This document shows, in pieces, positions 31,530 to 40,956 of a DNA stretch of 64,000 bases. Under the pieces are notes generated by a model that was given only the letters and a program-made list of their open reading frames with translations, made no database searches and had not been told where the DNA came from. Origin of the DNA: an uncultured delta proteobacterium (GTDB taxonomy: Bacteria > Myxococcota_A > Polyangia > Fen-1088); NCBI GenBank assembly GCA_963767925.1, contig CAVYGB010000002.1, forward strand, positions 1,984,001-2,048,000, in the 5' to 3' direction. Each line of letters opens with the position of its first letter. Position 1 is the stretch's first letter. Position numbers and translations under genes: made by a program.

Positions 31530-31757
31530 TCACTCGGCGGCTTCCAGCGCCCATACCGGGTCGCCGGCGGGCTCGTTCACGACGGGGCGCTCCCGGTCGA
31601 GATCGTCCCCTTGCCGGAAGAACTCCAGCTCCAGGTCGCTGAAGACGTCCGTCAGCGGCAGCGCCACCTCCGGACCGGGATCGCTTGCCGGCGAGAACCG
31701 CGACGAAGGCCAGGTATCGTGCCTTGCGCCCGGTTTGCGCCGATTGCCTCGAGACAT
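31530..31757 (-). CDS. Small acidic hypothetical protein
   Basis: GGAGGTGG RBS; FSDLELEFFRQG motif. Confidence 0.55.
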   Translation of the reverse strand: MSRGNRRKPGARHDTWPSSRFSPASDPGPEVALPLTDVFSDLELEFFRQGDDLDRERPVVNEPAGDPVWALEAAE

Positions 31758-32092
31758 TGCTTCCACCTCCAAGAAATGGGGCCTGGCCCGAGCATCGTCC
31801 AGCGCGCCGCCGCCGTCTAAATACCCGCGCAAAGTTCCGGCGACACCAGGCCTGCCCCACCTACAACGTCCCCGCCCCCCACTTCTTCCAGCCCGCCTTC
31901 TGGCGGGGTGGCTCTTCCAGCGCCGCGTGCCGGCTCTTCAGCCGCCGCGAGGCGGGCCGGGCCCCAGGTCCATCACCTCTCCCCTCCCCATCCTGACGAC
32001 CGCGCCCGAGCGCGGAGCAGCAGGCAACAGACCGGGATCCTGCCCTTCCCGGATCTTCCTTGAACGACCGCGCGCGGTCTCCCGCTCGCCCG

Positions 32093-32260
32093 TCAGAGCT
32101 GGCTGCTGATCCAGGGCACCCGGGCAGCGAACCAGTCCTTCAAGATCGTGATCTCGTTCTCGTGGGCGCCCCCCTCGGGATCCATCACGGGCCAGCGGGC
32201 GAAGTGGCGGCCCTGCGCCTCCCGGACCTCGGCGGCCAGCCGGTCGATCGGGCGTCCGGC
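32093..32260 (-). pseudogene. Probable C-terminal remnant of a CotH-kinase-family gene
   Basis: IDRLAAEVREAQGRHFARWP...EITILKDWFAARVPWISSQL resembles CotH C-termini; no room for the rest of the gene. Confidence 0.45.
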
Positions 32261-32308
32261 GTGGCCCGCATGGCGACGTGGCGAGGTCCGGGATAGGCTC
32301 GCCCCGCC

Positions 32309-32665
32309 ATGCGTGAAGACGGCAAGATCGACTACCTCGAGCTGAGCGGCGCCGACCTCCCGCGCACCAAGCGCTTTTACAGCGAGGCCTTCGGCTGGCG
32401 CTTCGCCGACTACGGCCCCGGCTACGCCGCCTTCGAGAACGCCGGCCTCGACGGCGGCCTGCAAGGCGAAGAGCCCGGCTCCGCCCCCGCCACCCGCCCC
32501 GCCCCCCTGCCCATCCTCTTCACCCGCAACCTCGAAGCCATGATGAAGCGCATCGAGGAAGCCGGCGGCACCATCACCGTCCCCCCCTTCGACTTCCCCG
32601 GCGGCCGCCGCTTCCACTTCTCCGACCCCGCCGGCAACGAGCTCGCCGTCTGGTCCGAGAGCTAG
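32309..32665 (+). CDS. VOC/glyoxalase family protein
   Basis: IDYLEL...FYSEAFGW, FPGGRRFHFSDPAGNEL. Confidence 0.92.
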   Translation: MREDGKIDYLELSGADLPRTKRFYSEAFGWRFADYGPGYAAFENAGLDGGLQGEEPGSAPATRPAPLPILFTRNLEAMMKRIEEAGGTITVPPFDFPGGRRFHFSDPAGNELAVWSES

Positions 32666-32825
32666 TGCACCGCTCTCGAAATATCGTCAAGGCTGCGCCG
32701 ACGATCCTGCGCCCCCGCTTCGTCGCTCCTCCTCGGAATAGGCCGGATATTCGTCGTCGTCGCGCCTCGCGGGGCCGCAGGCTTGTCGCCGCCTGATTGA
32801 CGCTACTTCGAAGGCGGTGCACCAG
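32662..32825. mobile_element. About 160-bp palindromic MITE-like element
   Basis: Terminal IR GTGCACCGCTCTCGAAATATCGTCAA / TTGACGCTACTTCGAAGGCGGTGCAC, nested internal IRs, CTAG/CCAG flanks; partial extra end at about 32941-32970. Confidence 0.7.
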
Positions 32826-32986
32826 CTCCCGACCTGTCCACCCGCGCACCCGCCGCCCTCTCCCCGCCGCCGCCTGCGAGAGTAAGCCGAGGTCCCTTTC
32901 GCCGACTCGGACGCCCTCAACCGGTGCCCGGTAGCCCCGGCTCGTGCACCGTCAAAATATCGTCGAGCTTCCGCCAAGCCTACCTG

Positions 32987-33047
32987 CTCTGTCTCTGTCT
33001 CTGCTCCTCTGTCTCTGTCTCTGTCTCTGTCTCTGTCTCTGTCTCTG
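32987..33047. repeat. (CTCTGT)n microsatellite
   Basis: Read directly. Confidence 0.9.
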
Positions 33048-33201
33048 AAAACGCGAAGCTGAGTAGCAGTTGGGGCTGTGGGTATGTGGGCAAACGCGTC
33101 TGCGCGTTTGTCCAAGGGCTGTGGGCAGTCTGCTGTCCACAGCCCGGCATACCCATAGCCCACCCCAACCCCAGCGCCGCGCCTTCCGCCCATCCGGCGC
33201 A
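33045..33201 (+). repeat. Left structured inverted repeat flanking the transposase
   Basis: Reverse complement of 34122-34297; three hairpin arms. Confidence 0.9.
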
Positions 33202-33301
33202 TACCTCCCGCGCGAGGCCCGCCCGCAGACGCTCAGCCGTCCGATTCCCCTGAACGCCGCCGCCCCGGGTTCGTCGGAGCCGGACGTTCGCGCTTGAAAT
33301 C

Positions 33302-34012
33302 ATGCCGCGCCCGATATACTATTGCCTCATTCAAATGAAGAGCTGTCGAGGTCCCACTCAGCTCGATTTGCCCCGGACGTCGGGGTGGGGTGGGCGGCGG
33401 AAGGGGGCCGGGCGGCCTCCGATTCCCGGGCCGAGGCGACCGGCGCCGCATCGGGCGCGGGCGCCCCACAAAGGCGCCCATCCGCTGCACGTGACCCTGC
33501 GGGCCAGGGCGGGGTTGGTCTCGCTGCGGAGCAAGCGGGTCTTCAGAACGTTGCGGGACTGCTTTCGAGCCTCGAGCTCCGGGGTCTTCCGGGTCGTGCA
33601 GTTCTCGGTGCAGGCCGACCACGTGCACTTGCTGGTGGAGGCGGAGGACAAGGCGGCGCTGTCTTCCGGGGCGCGGGGGCTGGTGATCCGGAGCGCGCTG
33701 GCGATCAACCGGGTGTGCAACCGCGCCGGGCGGGTCTGGGGGGACCGGTATCACGCGCGCGACCTGACGACACCACGGGAGGTACGCACCGCACTCGTAT
33801 ACGTTCTCATGAACCACAAGAAACATGGCCTGCGCGACCGCGGCCACATCGACCCTTGCTCCTCGGCCCCGTGGTTCGATGGGTTCCGCGTCCCGCTCCC
33901 GCCGTCCACCGATCCCCCGGTCACCAGCTTCCCTCGCACCTGGCTCGCCACCGTGGGCTGGCGCCGCCACGGCCTGCTCGACCCCACCGAGTCCCCCAAG
34001 ACCCTTCAGTGA
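33302..34012 (+). mobile_element. Y1 HUH transposase, REP-associated tyrosine transposase (RAYT)-like
   Basis: HVTLR, SVQADHVHLLVEA (HUH), VWGDRYHAR, ALVYVLMN (catalytic Tyr), DPCSS; start may be 33335. Confidence 0.88.
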
Positions 34013-34121
34013 GCGCGCGGTCTGTGCCGCGTGCGGGACGAGGGAAGGGGAAGCGGCGCGCGGACCTCAGGGGCAAGGTGGCTGTGGGGGAGGGGGAGGT
34101 CGCAACCTCGGTGGGTGGGCG

Positions 34122-34297
34122 TGCGCCGGATGGGGGAAGGGCGGCGCTGGGGTAGGGGTGGGCTGTGGACATGCCGGGCTGTGGACAGCAGACTGCCCAC
34201 AGCCCTTGGACAAACGCGCAGAGCGGACGCGCAGACGCGCGGACGCGTTTGCCCACATGCCCACAGCCCCAACTGCTACTTAGCTTCGCGTTTTCAG
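34122..34297 (-). repeat. Right structured inverted repeat flanking the transposase
   Basis: Inverted copy of 33045-33201 with an expanded ACGCG loop. Confidence 0.9.
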
Positions 34298-34497
34298 AGG
34301 CAGAGGCAGAAGCAGAGGCAGAGGCAGAGGCAGAGGCAGAGGCAGAAGCAGAGGCAGAGGCAGAGGCAGAGGCAGAGGCAGAGGCAGAGGCAGAGGCAGA
34401 GGCAGAGGCAGAGGCAGAGGCAGAGGCAGAGGCAGAGGCAGCAGCAGAGGCAGAAGCAGCAGCAGAGGCAGAGGCAGAGGCAGAGGCAGAGACAGAG
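34295..34497. repeat. (GCAGAG)n microsatellite, about 33 units
   Basis: Read directly; a few GCAGAA/GCAGCA variants. Confidence 0.95.
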
Positions 34498-34576
34498 CCA
34501 GTCTGTTGCAGCGAACGGAAAGATGGCCGGGGTTGCTCGCTGCGCTCGGGACCCGGCGTCAGAAAATAGCCTGCAG

Positions 34577-34793
34577 CCTGGCTGCGCTCGGGGACCTGGC
34601 TGCGCTCGGGGACCTGGCTGCGCTCGGGGACCTGGCTGCGCTCGGGGACCTGGCTGCGCTCGAGGACCTGGCTGCGCTCGGGGACCTGGCTGCGCTCGGG
34701 GACCTGGCTGCGATCGAGGACCTGGCTGCGATCGAGGACCTGGCTGCGATCGAGGACCTGGCTGCGCTCGAGGACCTGCGCTGCGTTCGAGGA
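34577..34793. repeat. 18-bp tandem array (11 units plus one degenerate unit)
   Basis: CCTGGCTGCG(C/A)TCG(G/A)GGA, no spacers. Confidence 0.95.
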
Positions 34794-34849
34794 CCCCTCG
34801 GCAGAAATAGCCGGGGTTCCCTCCCTGCGCTGGGGGACCCGGGTGGGGG

Positions 34850-35221
34850 TCAGGGTTTGAAGTTTTGTTCGGCGATGGACCAGTCGCGGCGGCCGTAGGG
34901 GCGGGCCATCCACTGGGCGACGACCGAGGTGCAGTCGTCGCGGCCGGGGCGGCGGCTGTTTTCGAGGACGGCGAAGCGGTCGGGGGTGATGCGCTCGTCG
35001 AGGAAGATGGGCTGATTCTCGGCTTTCCACTGCTCCTGGAGCGCGGCGATGGCCTCGTCGGGGCCGGCGGCCTCGATCTTGGCGTTCTGCTGCGGCCAGA
35101 TGCCGAGCGGCTGCAGGACTTTGCCCTTCTCGTCGAGCAGGTCGGGCGGTGGCTCCTCGGAGACGCCGTCGACCTGACCGGGCGCGAACTCGAAACAGAC
35201 CCTCACCTCGAACTTGGGCAT
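34850..35221 (-). CDS. Hypothetical protein
   Basis: GAGGAGG RBS; typical codon usage. Confidence 0.7.
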   Translation of the reverse strand: MPKFEVRVCFEFAPGQVDGVSEEPPPDLLDEKGKVLQPLGIWPQQNAKIEAAGPDEAIAALQEQWKAENQPIFLDERITPDRFAVLENSRRPGRDDCTSVVAQWMARPYGRRDWSIAEQNFKP

Positions 35222-35410
35222 CGGAACGGACCTCCTCGCTGCTGCGTGCGAGCGTAGGATATTCGACCCGGCGAGGCGAGCCTCGTCATCACAAAACGCT
35301 GCACCACGCGGTCGAGGGGAGCGAGTAAAATGGTCAGCCCGGCTGACCAGAATCCGATCATCGGGGACGCGCCGGTGGTGTCTTCCGCTGGCAACGTGAA
35401 GGAGGCTCAG

Positions 35411-36070
35411 ATGCGCGCGCGCGACTCGAAGGTGGGATGGCTGTCGCTGTTACCGTCGCTGGTGCTGGGGGTGGCGGCGCTGGCGGCCGGAGGGATGGCC
35501 TGCCAGGAGGACGAGCCCCCGACGTTCTCGACCGGGGTGGATCGAGACAAGCCGCTCGGGACGGTCGACGGCCCGGAGGCCCAGGCGGTCTGCACCGCCA
35601 CTCGGGCCTGGACCCGGGAGGCGATCGCCCAGGAGAAGCAGCAGCAGCTCACCTGCCGGGTCACCGCCACTCTGGCCGCCGCGCTGGGGGCCGGGCTGGG
35701 CGGTGGGGGGACGCCCGGGGCGGGCGGCGTGCCCAGCGATGCCCAGCTCCGGATGACCTGCCAGGTGGCCTACGACCGCTGCCTGCTGGCGCCGGCCGCG
35801 ACCGAGTTGGGGCCGCCGACCTGCCAGGCCTTCCCGGCCGGCTGTACCGCCACGGTCGGCGAATACGAGGCCTGCCTGACCGACATCCCGCCCTTCGTCG
35901 ACAGCACGCTGACCACGCTGCCGAGCTGCGAGTCGCTCAGCCTCGTCGCCATCTTGTCCCTGGCCAACCTCACCAACACGCTGCCCGAGACCTGCAAGAC
36001 CTTCCAGAGCAAGTGCCGGGGCGCCGCCATCGGCGGCCTCCCCCCGGTCGGCGCCCCCGCGGCGCCCTGA
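35411..36070 (+). CDS. Cys-rich lipoprotein
   Basis: GGAGG RBS, GGMAC lipobox, CTATVGEYEAC. Confidence 0.75.
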   Translation: MRARDSKVGWLSLLPSLVLGVAALAAGGMACQEDEPPTFSTGVDRDKPLGTVDGPEAQAVCTATRAWTREAIAQEKQQQLTCRVTATLAAALGAGLGGGGTPGAGGVPSDAQLRMTCQVAYDRCLLAPAATELGPPTCQAFPAGCTATVGEYEACLTDIPPFVDSTLTTLPSCESLSLVAILSLANLTNTLPETCKTFQSKCRGAAIGGLPPVGAPAAP

Positions 36071-36152
36071 ACCGCCTGCAGTCGGGGTGCCGCGCCCCGC
36101 GGGGGGTGAAGAGCAGAGCGGTGGCCCGCTCCGGCGTCTGGTCAGGGCGACC

Positions 36153-36207
36153 ACCCCTCACCCTTCCCTCTCCCCACGTCCGCAGACGGCCGCGGGGCGA
36201 GGGCAAA
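36153..36207 (-). repeat. Dispersed REP-like palindrome, diverged copy
   Basis: CCCCTCACCCTTCCCTCTCCCC...GGGGCGAGGGC. Confidence 0.6.
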
Positions 36208-36282
36208 TGGGCAGCGAGGGGCCACAATCTCGGTGAATGCCCCGACTGATCGGCCGCTCGGATGAAGACGCCGGGGGGGGGG

Positions 36283-36364
36283 CGGCGCTTGCAGAACAGA
36301 ACAGAAAGTCGGGTTACCGCGCTCGGCGCTTGCAGAACAGAACAGAAAGTCGGGTTACCGCGCT
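36283..36364. repeat. Perfect 41-bp tandem duplication
   Basis: CGGCGCTTGCAGAACAGAACAGAAAGTCGGGTTACCGCGCT x2. Confidence 0.9.
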
Positions 36365-36380
36365 CGGCGCGGGGGCCCGA

Positions 36381-36740
36381 CTAGAAGCTCTTACCGTCTA
36401 CCTGCTTGACCGTGAGCTTGTTGATGTCGACGTCGTCGAGGCAGCGGGTGTTGATCGCCACCATGGGGCCGGTCTTGCCGGTGCCGCGGGCGAAGGACTT
36501 GACCCCGCAGGTGGTGCAGAACAGGTGGTGGATGTTCTTCCGGTTGAACTGGTAGTCCTTCAGGTCGGCTTCGCCCGACAGGAGCTTGAACTGCGTGGGC
36601 GGGACGAACTGGAGCAAGGTGCCGGTGCGCCCGCACATCGAGCAGTTGCAGGACAGGACGGGCACGCCGAGGTCGAGCTCGACCTCGTAGCGGACCTTGC
36701 CACAGTGACAGCCGCCGGTCTGTCTCGTCAGATCGCTCAT
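36381..36740 (-). CDS. GFA/CENP-V family protein
   Basis: GGCHCGKVRY, CNCSMC, FCTTCG, INTRCL. Confidence 0.95.
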   Translation of the reverse strand: MSDLTRQTGGCHCGKVRYEVELDLGVPVLSCNCSMCGRTGTLLQFVPPTQFKLLSGEADLKDYQFNRKNIHHLFCTTCGVKSFARGTGKTGPMVAINTRCLDDVDINKLTVKQVDGKSF

Positions 36741-36859
36741 GGGACGAAAAGATAGAGCAATCCCGGGCGGGAATCCGCCGAGATTGCTCTCATCTCTCCG
36801 TCGCTCGTTCCCGGGTGTCGCCGCCGGATGCCGGGGCTATGCGGGTCGGGCGGTGATCG

Positions 36860-37567
36860 TTACTGGGGGGTGGAGCTGGGGGGCGTGATGCCCGGGATGG
36901 GGTTCGCCTGCATGGGCGACTCCCGCGCGAGCAGACCCTGCAGGGCCGCCAGCCGGATCAGCTCGACCGGGGAACGGACCCCGAGCTTCCGGTTGATGTG
37001 CGTGCGGTGGGTCTCCACCGTCTTCACGCTGATGCACAGCGAGTCGGCGATGGCCTGCGACGAGTGGCCCTGGATGATCCGGCAGAAGACCTCCCGCTCG
37101 CGGTGCGAGAGGCGGCCCAGGCCGGTGGCGCCGTTGGCCTGCTTGCGCGGGCTGCGCCGATCGCCAGAGGGAAGATCGCCGGCGAGCTGCGGGCTCACGT
37201 AGGTCTCGCCCCGGGCTGCCGTCTGCATCGCCGTGACGATCTCACCCAGCGACTGCTCCTTGAGGGCGTAGGCCACGACTCCGGCGTCGAGGGCGTCGCT
37301 CAGGAACAGGGGGTTGCTATAGGTGGTCAGGAGCATCATGCGGACGGGGACGCGACGGCGCCGCAGCTCGCGAGCCGCGGAGATGCTGTCGGTGTCCTTG
37401 AGCATGAGCTCGGAGATCACCAGGTCGGGTTTTTCGGTTTCGATCAGCGAGTAGAGCTGTCGCGCGCTGTCCGTCTCGCCGACGACAGCGATCGAGGCTT
37501 CATGCCAGAGCGCCAGCCGGAAGGTGTCACGGAAGACTCGCTGCTCGTCCACGAGTATCACTCTCAT
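36860..37567 (-). CDS. NarL/LuxR-family response regulator (phospho-Asp replaced by Glu)
   Basis: PDLVISELML receiver; LSHREREV...ISVKTVETHR HTH. Confidence 0.9.
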   Translation of the reverse strand: MRVILVDEQRVFRDTFRLALWHEASIAVVGETDSARQLYSLIETEKPDLVISELMLKDTDSISAARELRRRRVPVRMMLLTTYSNPLFLSDALDAGVVAYALKEQSLGEIVTAMQTAARGETYVSPQLAGDLPSGDRRSPRKQANGATGLGRLSHREREVFCRIIQGHSSQAIADSLCISVKTVETHRTHINRKLGVRSPVELIRLAALQGLLARESPMQANPIPGITPPSSTPQ

Positions 37568-37772
37568 GGGCAGCAACGTGGGTACTGGCGGGGATGAAAA
37601 CCAGGGGTAATCGGTTTTTTTGTAGTTCTACGTAACGCACGGCGGAAACTCTGACGGCACCCGATGGACAGGTTCCCCATGCCGCCCCACGTTCGAAGCC
37701 GAGCTCGCAGTTGGGCTCGTTTTCGGTGACATCGGTGACATCGGTCCCCGACCCTTTCCAAGGAGGAGCGCG

Positions 37773-38243
37773 ATGAGGATCTCGAAACCAGAAGGCCTGT
37801 TGGTGGTGTTGGGCGGCGCAGCGGCGCTCGCCTTGCTGGGCTGTGATTCCGACCGGGACCCGCAGCTGCGGATCGTCAGCCCGGCCGCCGGTGAGACCAT
37901 CACCATGACCGACGACATGAAGATCACCGTCGTCATCTCGGCGAACGACTTTTCCATCAAGTCGCCCACCGAATGTGGCACGGACGCCCGCTGTGGGGTG
38001 GCCTACCTGAATATCGACGGCGACGCCTGCAACCAGCCCGGCAAGCCGTACAACAACGTCCTGGCCGACGGCCGCTTCGGCCAGGACTTCGTGGTCGAGG
38101 GCCTGTTCCAGTATTGCGCGCCCACCCAGAGATTCGGGACGCACAACGTGACGGTCTCCCTCCGCAAGCCAGACGGCAGCGCCGTGACGGGCGAGGGTGG
38201 CGAGCCGGCCGCGGCGACCATCTCGCTCGTCACCCGGATGTAG
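37773..38243 (+). CDS. Lipoprotein with an Ig-like domain
   Basis: AGGAGG RBS, LALLGC lipobox, LRIVSPAAG. Confidence 0.75.
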   Translation: MRISKPEGLLVVLGGAAALALLGCDSDRDPQLRIVSPAAGETITMTDDMKITVVISANDFSIKSPTECGTDARCGVAYLNIDGDACNQPGKPYNNVLADGRFGQDFVVEGLFQYCAPTQRFGTHNVTVSLRKPDGSAVTGEGGEPAAATISLVTRM

Positions 38244-38346
38244 CGCCCGGAGCCCGTGGTCACTGCCCGGTGACGATTGTTACCGGGCGGTGCCCGGTCT
38301 CGGGGGTGGAACCCCCAAATTCGGCGGTCCGGGCCGGGCTCGCGCC

Positions 38347-38362
38347 AGGCACACCGCTTGAA
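38347..38362 (+). promoter_or_regulatory. Possible sigma54 promoter (TTGAA variant)
   Basis: AGGCACA-CCGC-TTGAA about 60 bp before ATG 38423. Confidence 0.4.
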
Positions 38363-38422
38363 GCTCCCGACGCGAACGGGGTCCTTCCGGATCCCGACCA
38401 CCACTTTGAGTAGGAGGAGACG

Positions 38423-38653
38423 ATGAAGGTCAAGGACTTCAACAAGCAGCGCCTGCTCGAGGCGCTTGGCCTCGAGGAGCGTTCCAGCGGTTTTTCCGTC
38501 CTGATGGGCACCCTGGGCACCTTCGCCCTGGGCGCGCTGGTCGGGGCGAGCGTGGGCTTGCTGTCGGCCCCCCGGCCGGGCCGCGAGCTGCGCGGCAAGC
38601 TGAAGAAACAGCTCGACCGTCAGATCGCGGACATCGAGCAGCGTATAAGCTGA
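38423..38653 (+). CDS. YtxH-like small protein
   Basis: FALGALVGASVGLLSAPRPGRELR. Confidence 0.8.
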   Translation: MKVKDFNKQRLLEALGLEERSSGFSVLMGTLGTFALGALVGASVGLLSAPRPGRELRGKLKKQLDRQIADIEQRIS

Positions 38654-38711
38654 TCCGTGGCGGAAGGGTGGGGGGCTGCGGCCCCCTCTCCATTCGCTCC
38701 GTTCCCCGACC

Positions 38712-39113
38712 ATGGACAAGCAGCTCGTCAAGACGCCCGAGAAGACTCCGGCCCTGCGAGAGGATCTCGCCCGCCTGAGCACCCCCCAGCTCATCGCCCG
38801 GCTGGCCCAGGATGCGCAGAGCCTGGTCAAGGCCGAGATCGAGCTCGGCAAGGGCGAGCTGCGCCAGACCCTGGCCGGCGCCCTGGCCGCCGTCCGCCGG
38901 ATGGCCGCCGGTGTCTTCCTCGCCCTGCTGGCGGTCGGCCTGTTCGTGACCGGCACGGTGCTCGCGCTGGCTCAGGTGATGCCCGCCTGGGCGGCGGCCT
39001 TCAGCGTCGGCGGCGCCCTGACCCTGGCCAGCCTGATCGCGTTTTCAATGGCCCGCGCCGCCCGCCGCAAGCCCCCGAGCAACGGCGTCCCCTCCGACCC
39101 GCCGCCGCCCTGA
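38712..39113 (+). CDS. Holin-X/YqjE-like (DUF1469) membrane protein
   Basis: QSLVKAEIELGKGEL followed by two TMs. Confidence 0.8.
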   Translation: MDKQLVKTPEKTPALREDLARLSTPQLIARLAQDAQSLVKAEIELGKGELRQTLAGALAAVRRMAAGVFLALLAVGLFVTGTVLALAQVMPAWAAAFSVGGALTLASLIAFSMARAARRKPPSNGVPSDPPPP

Positions 39114-39132
39114 GGCGGGTGACGGACGTCCC

Positions 39133-40956
39133 CTACGGGCGCACGGCGCGCTCGAGCTGCAGCAGGGTGGGGCCGAGCTCCGTGCGGAGCAGCTCGTCGA
39201 GGTGCCAGAAGTGGAGCTGGCGGTCCTGCTCGTAGAACCAGCCGAGCACGAGGACGAGCAGATCGATGCAGGTGCGCGGGCAGCGCCAGCGCTGGCTGGC
39301 CTGCACCGGTCCGCAGGCCGCGTCGGCCTCGTCGAGGAAGCGGGTCAGCGCCTCGGTGAGGGCGATCATGCCCAGCATCACCCGCTGGGCCAGGTTGACC
39401 GCCAGGGTGGGCGGGTCGGCGGGGCTGAGCGGGGGCCGGGTCATGCGGGTCTCGAACACCGGCAAAAACTCGATCGCGATCGCCTCCAGGGCCACCGAGA
39501 CCGCCTCGGCCAGCCCGTCCCGCGAGACCCCGGCGGCGGCCAGCTCGGCGGTGAGGCGGCGGGCCTCCGAGGGGGCGTCGAGCAGCCGGCGGTAGGGGCG
39601 GGTGGCGGCCCGCAGCAGGCTCTGGGTGTCGCGCAGGCTGAGGTCGGTCTTGAGGGGGGCCTCGGGCAGCAGCGAGGAGGTGGGCAGGGGCGGGTCGGCG
39701 GGGCCCCGGCGGCGCACGTATTTGTGCTCGACCAGGTCGGCCAGCGCCTCGGCCACCACGACGTTGAGGGCCAGGCGGATCCGGCCGCGCAGGTCGTTGC
39801 GCACGACCCGGCCGAGGATGTCCCGGTCGATCGTCACCCCCTCGTTCCCGGGGACGAAGGCGTCGCGCAGCACCGGGCCCGGGTCGCTGCCGGCGTCGGC
39901 GAAGCGGTTGCCGCTGGCCGGGGTGACCGGGTCGCGCAGCTCGATCAGGCGGGCGTAGGACCACTCGAAGTCGCACAGCGATTCTTCCCAGCCGTGGCCC
40001 CACAGGTCGTGTACGAGGAACAGCTCCGCCTTCTGGGCGGGGATGAGGGTGACCATGGTGGCGAGCGTCTCGGCCACCACCCGCGGGCGCACCCCCTCGA
40101 ACCCGCGCAGGGAGGCCGCCGCCCGGGTCAGCTCGTCGAGCAGGGCGCTGTCGACCTCCTCCCGCTCGTACAGGCCGAACCCGGGGAAGCGCAGGCTCTC
40201 CAACGAGCCCTGCTGCTTCTCCACCCGGGCCAGGAACTGGGTGATGGCGGTGCGCTCGGCCTCGGGGCGGGCCGGGAAATCCGGGCGCAGCAAGGTGCTG
40301 CCCTCGAAGGGCAGGCCGAAGATCAGCGCCGTGCTGGTCAGCGTGAGGGTGACGTCGCCCGCGCGCAGGGGCAGGGGTCCGAACAGGCGGCGGAACAGGG
40401 CCAGCACCTGGGCGGCGAGCTGGGGCGAGCCGGCGGCGGCGTCCACCTCCCGGTGCAGCCGGGCGGTCAGCGTCTGCTTGAGGCGGAGGTTGGACGTCCG
40501 GCTCTGCAGGGCGCTCTCCAGGCGGGACAGCTCGGGCGAGTCCCAGCCGAAGCAGCGCTGGAGGGCGTTGCGCAGGGCCCCCCGCTCGGCCAGATCGCCC
40601 CGCAGGTCGGGCTCGAACCCGCGCAGGGTGCCGCTGCTGTGCCCGTCGACCAGGACGCGCCCGCCCGCCTGGGCGAAGTCGGGCCACAGCAGCGCCGCCT
40701 CGGTGAACCAGCGGATGTGCTTGTCGCTGCCGGGGGTCAAGGTCGGTGGGCTCTGGCCGGCCAGGGGGGCGGCCGCCCGCAACAGGCCGTCGACGATGGC
40801 GCCGGCCTGCCCCCGCCGGACCGAGTCGGGCGGGGCGGGCCGATCGAGCAGGGCCTCCAGCTCGGCCAGCCCGTCGAGCAGCGGGCGCCAGGTGCCGGGG
40901 ACCTCCCGCTCGAAGAGGGCCGCGTCGGTCAGCGGATCGGGCGCCTTGCCGCTCAC
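39133..40956 (-). CDS. Hypothetical protein, possible zincin-like metalloprotein
   Basis: GTG overlaps the ABC ATPase stop; [13 protein letters not shown] and AEALADL motifs. Confidence 0.7.
   Translation of the reverse strand: MSGKAPDPLTDAALFEREVPGTWRPLLDGLAELEALLDRPAPPDSVRRGQAGAIVDGLLRAAAPLAGQSPPTLTPGSDKHIRWFTEAALLWPDFAQAGGRVLVDGHSSGTLRGFEPDLRGDLAERGALRNALQRCFGWDSPELSRLESALQSRTSNLRLKQTLTARLHREVDAAAGSPQLAAQVLALFRRLFGPLPLRAGDVTLTLTSTALIFGLPFEGSTLLRPDFPARPEAERTAITQFLARVEKQQGSLESLRFPGFGLYEREEVDSALLDELTRAAASLRGFEGVRPRVVAETLATMVTLIPAQKAELFLVHDLWGHGWEESLCDFEWSYARLIELRDPVTPASGNRFADAGSDPGPVLRDAFVPGNEGVTIDRDILGRVVRNDLRGRIRLALNVVVAEALADLVEHKYVRRRGPADPPLPTSSLLPEAPLKTDLSLRDTQSLLRAATRPYRRLLDAPSEARRLTAELAAAGVSRDGLAEAVSVALEAIAIEFLPVFETRMTRPPLSPADPPTLAVNLAQRVMLGMIALTEALTRFLDEADAACGPVQASQRWRCPRTCIDLLVLVLGWFYEQDRQLHFWHLDELLRTELGPTLLQLERAVRP

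Noticed and set aside
33045..33201. tRNA (cloverleaf-like folding)
   Set aside because: No T-loop or D-loop consensus and no CCA end; present as an inverted pair around a transposase.
33302..34012. IS200/IS605 element with TnpB
   Set aside because: No tnpB downstream; motifs and flanking inverted hairpins fit RAYT better.
34577..34793. 18-bp array as a CRISPR
   Set aside because: Units are contiguous with no unique spacers, and no cas genes are present.
33921..35030. ORFs with poly-EA, QR, SA or LAALGD repeats
   Set aside because: These are translations of stop-free microsatellite/VNTR DNA in several frames; no start context or domain.
38712..39113. Holin as evidence of a prophage
   Set aside because: The Holin-X/YqjE-like family is commonly chromosomal beside YtxH-like genes; no phage structural, lysis or integrase genes are nearby.
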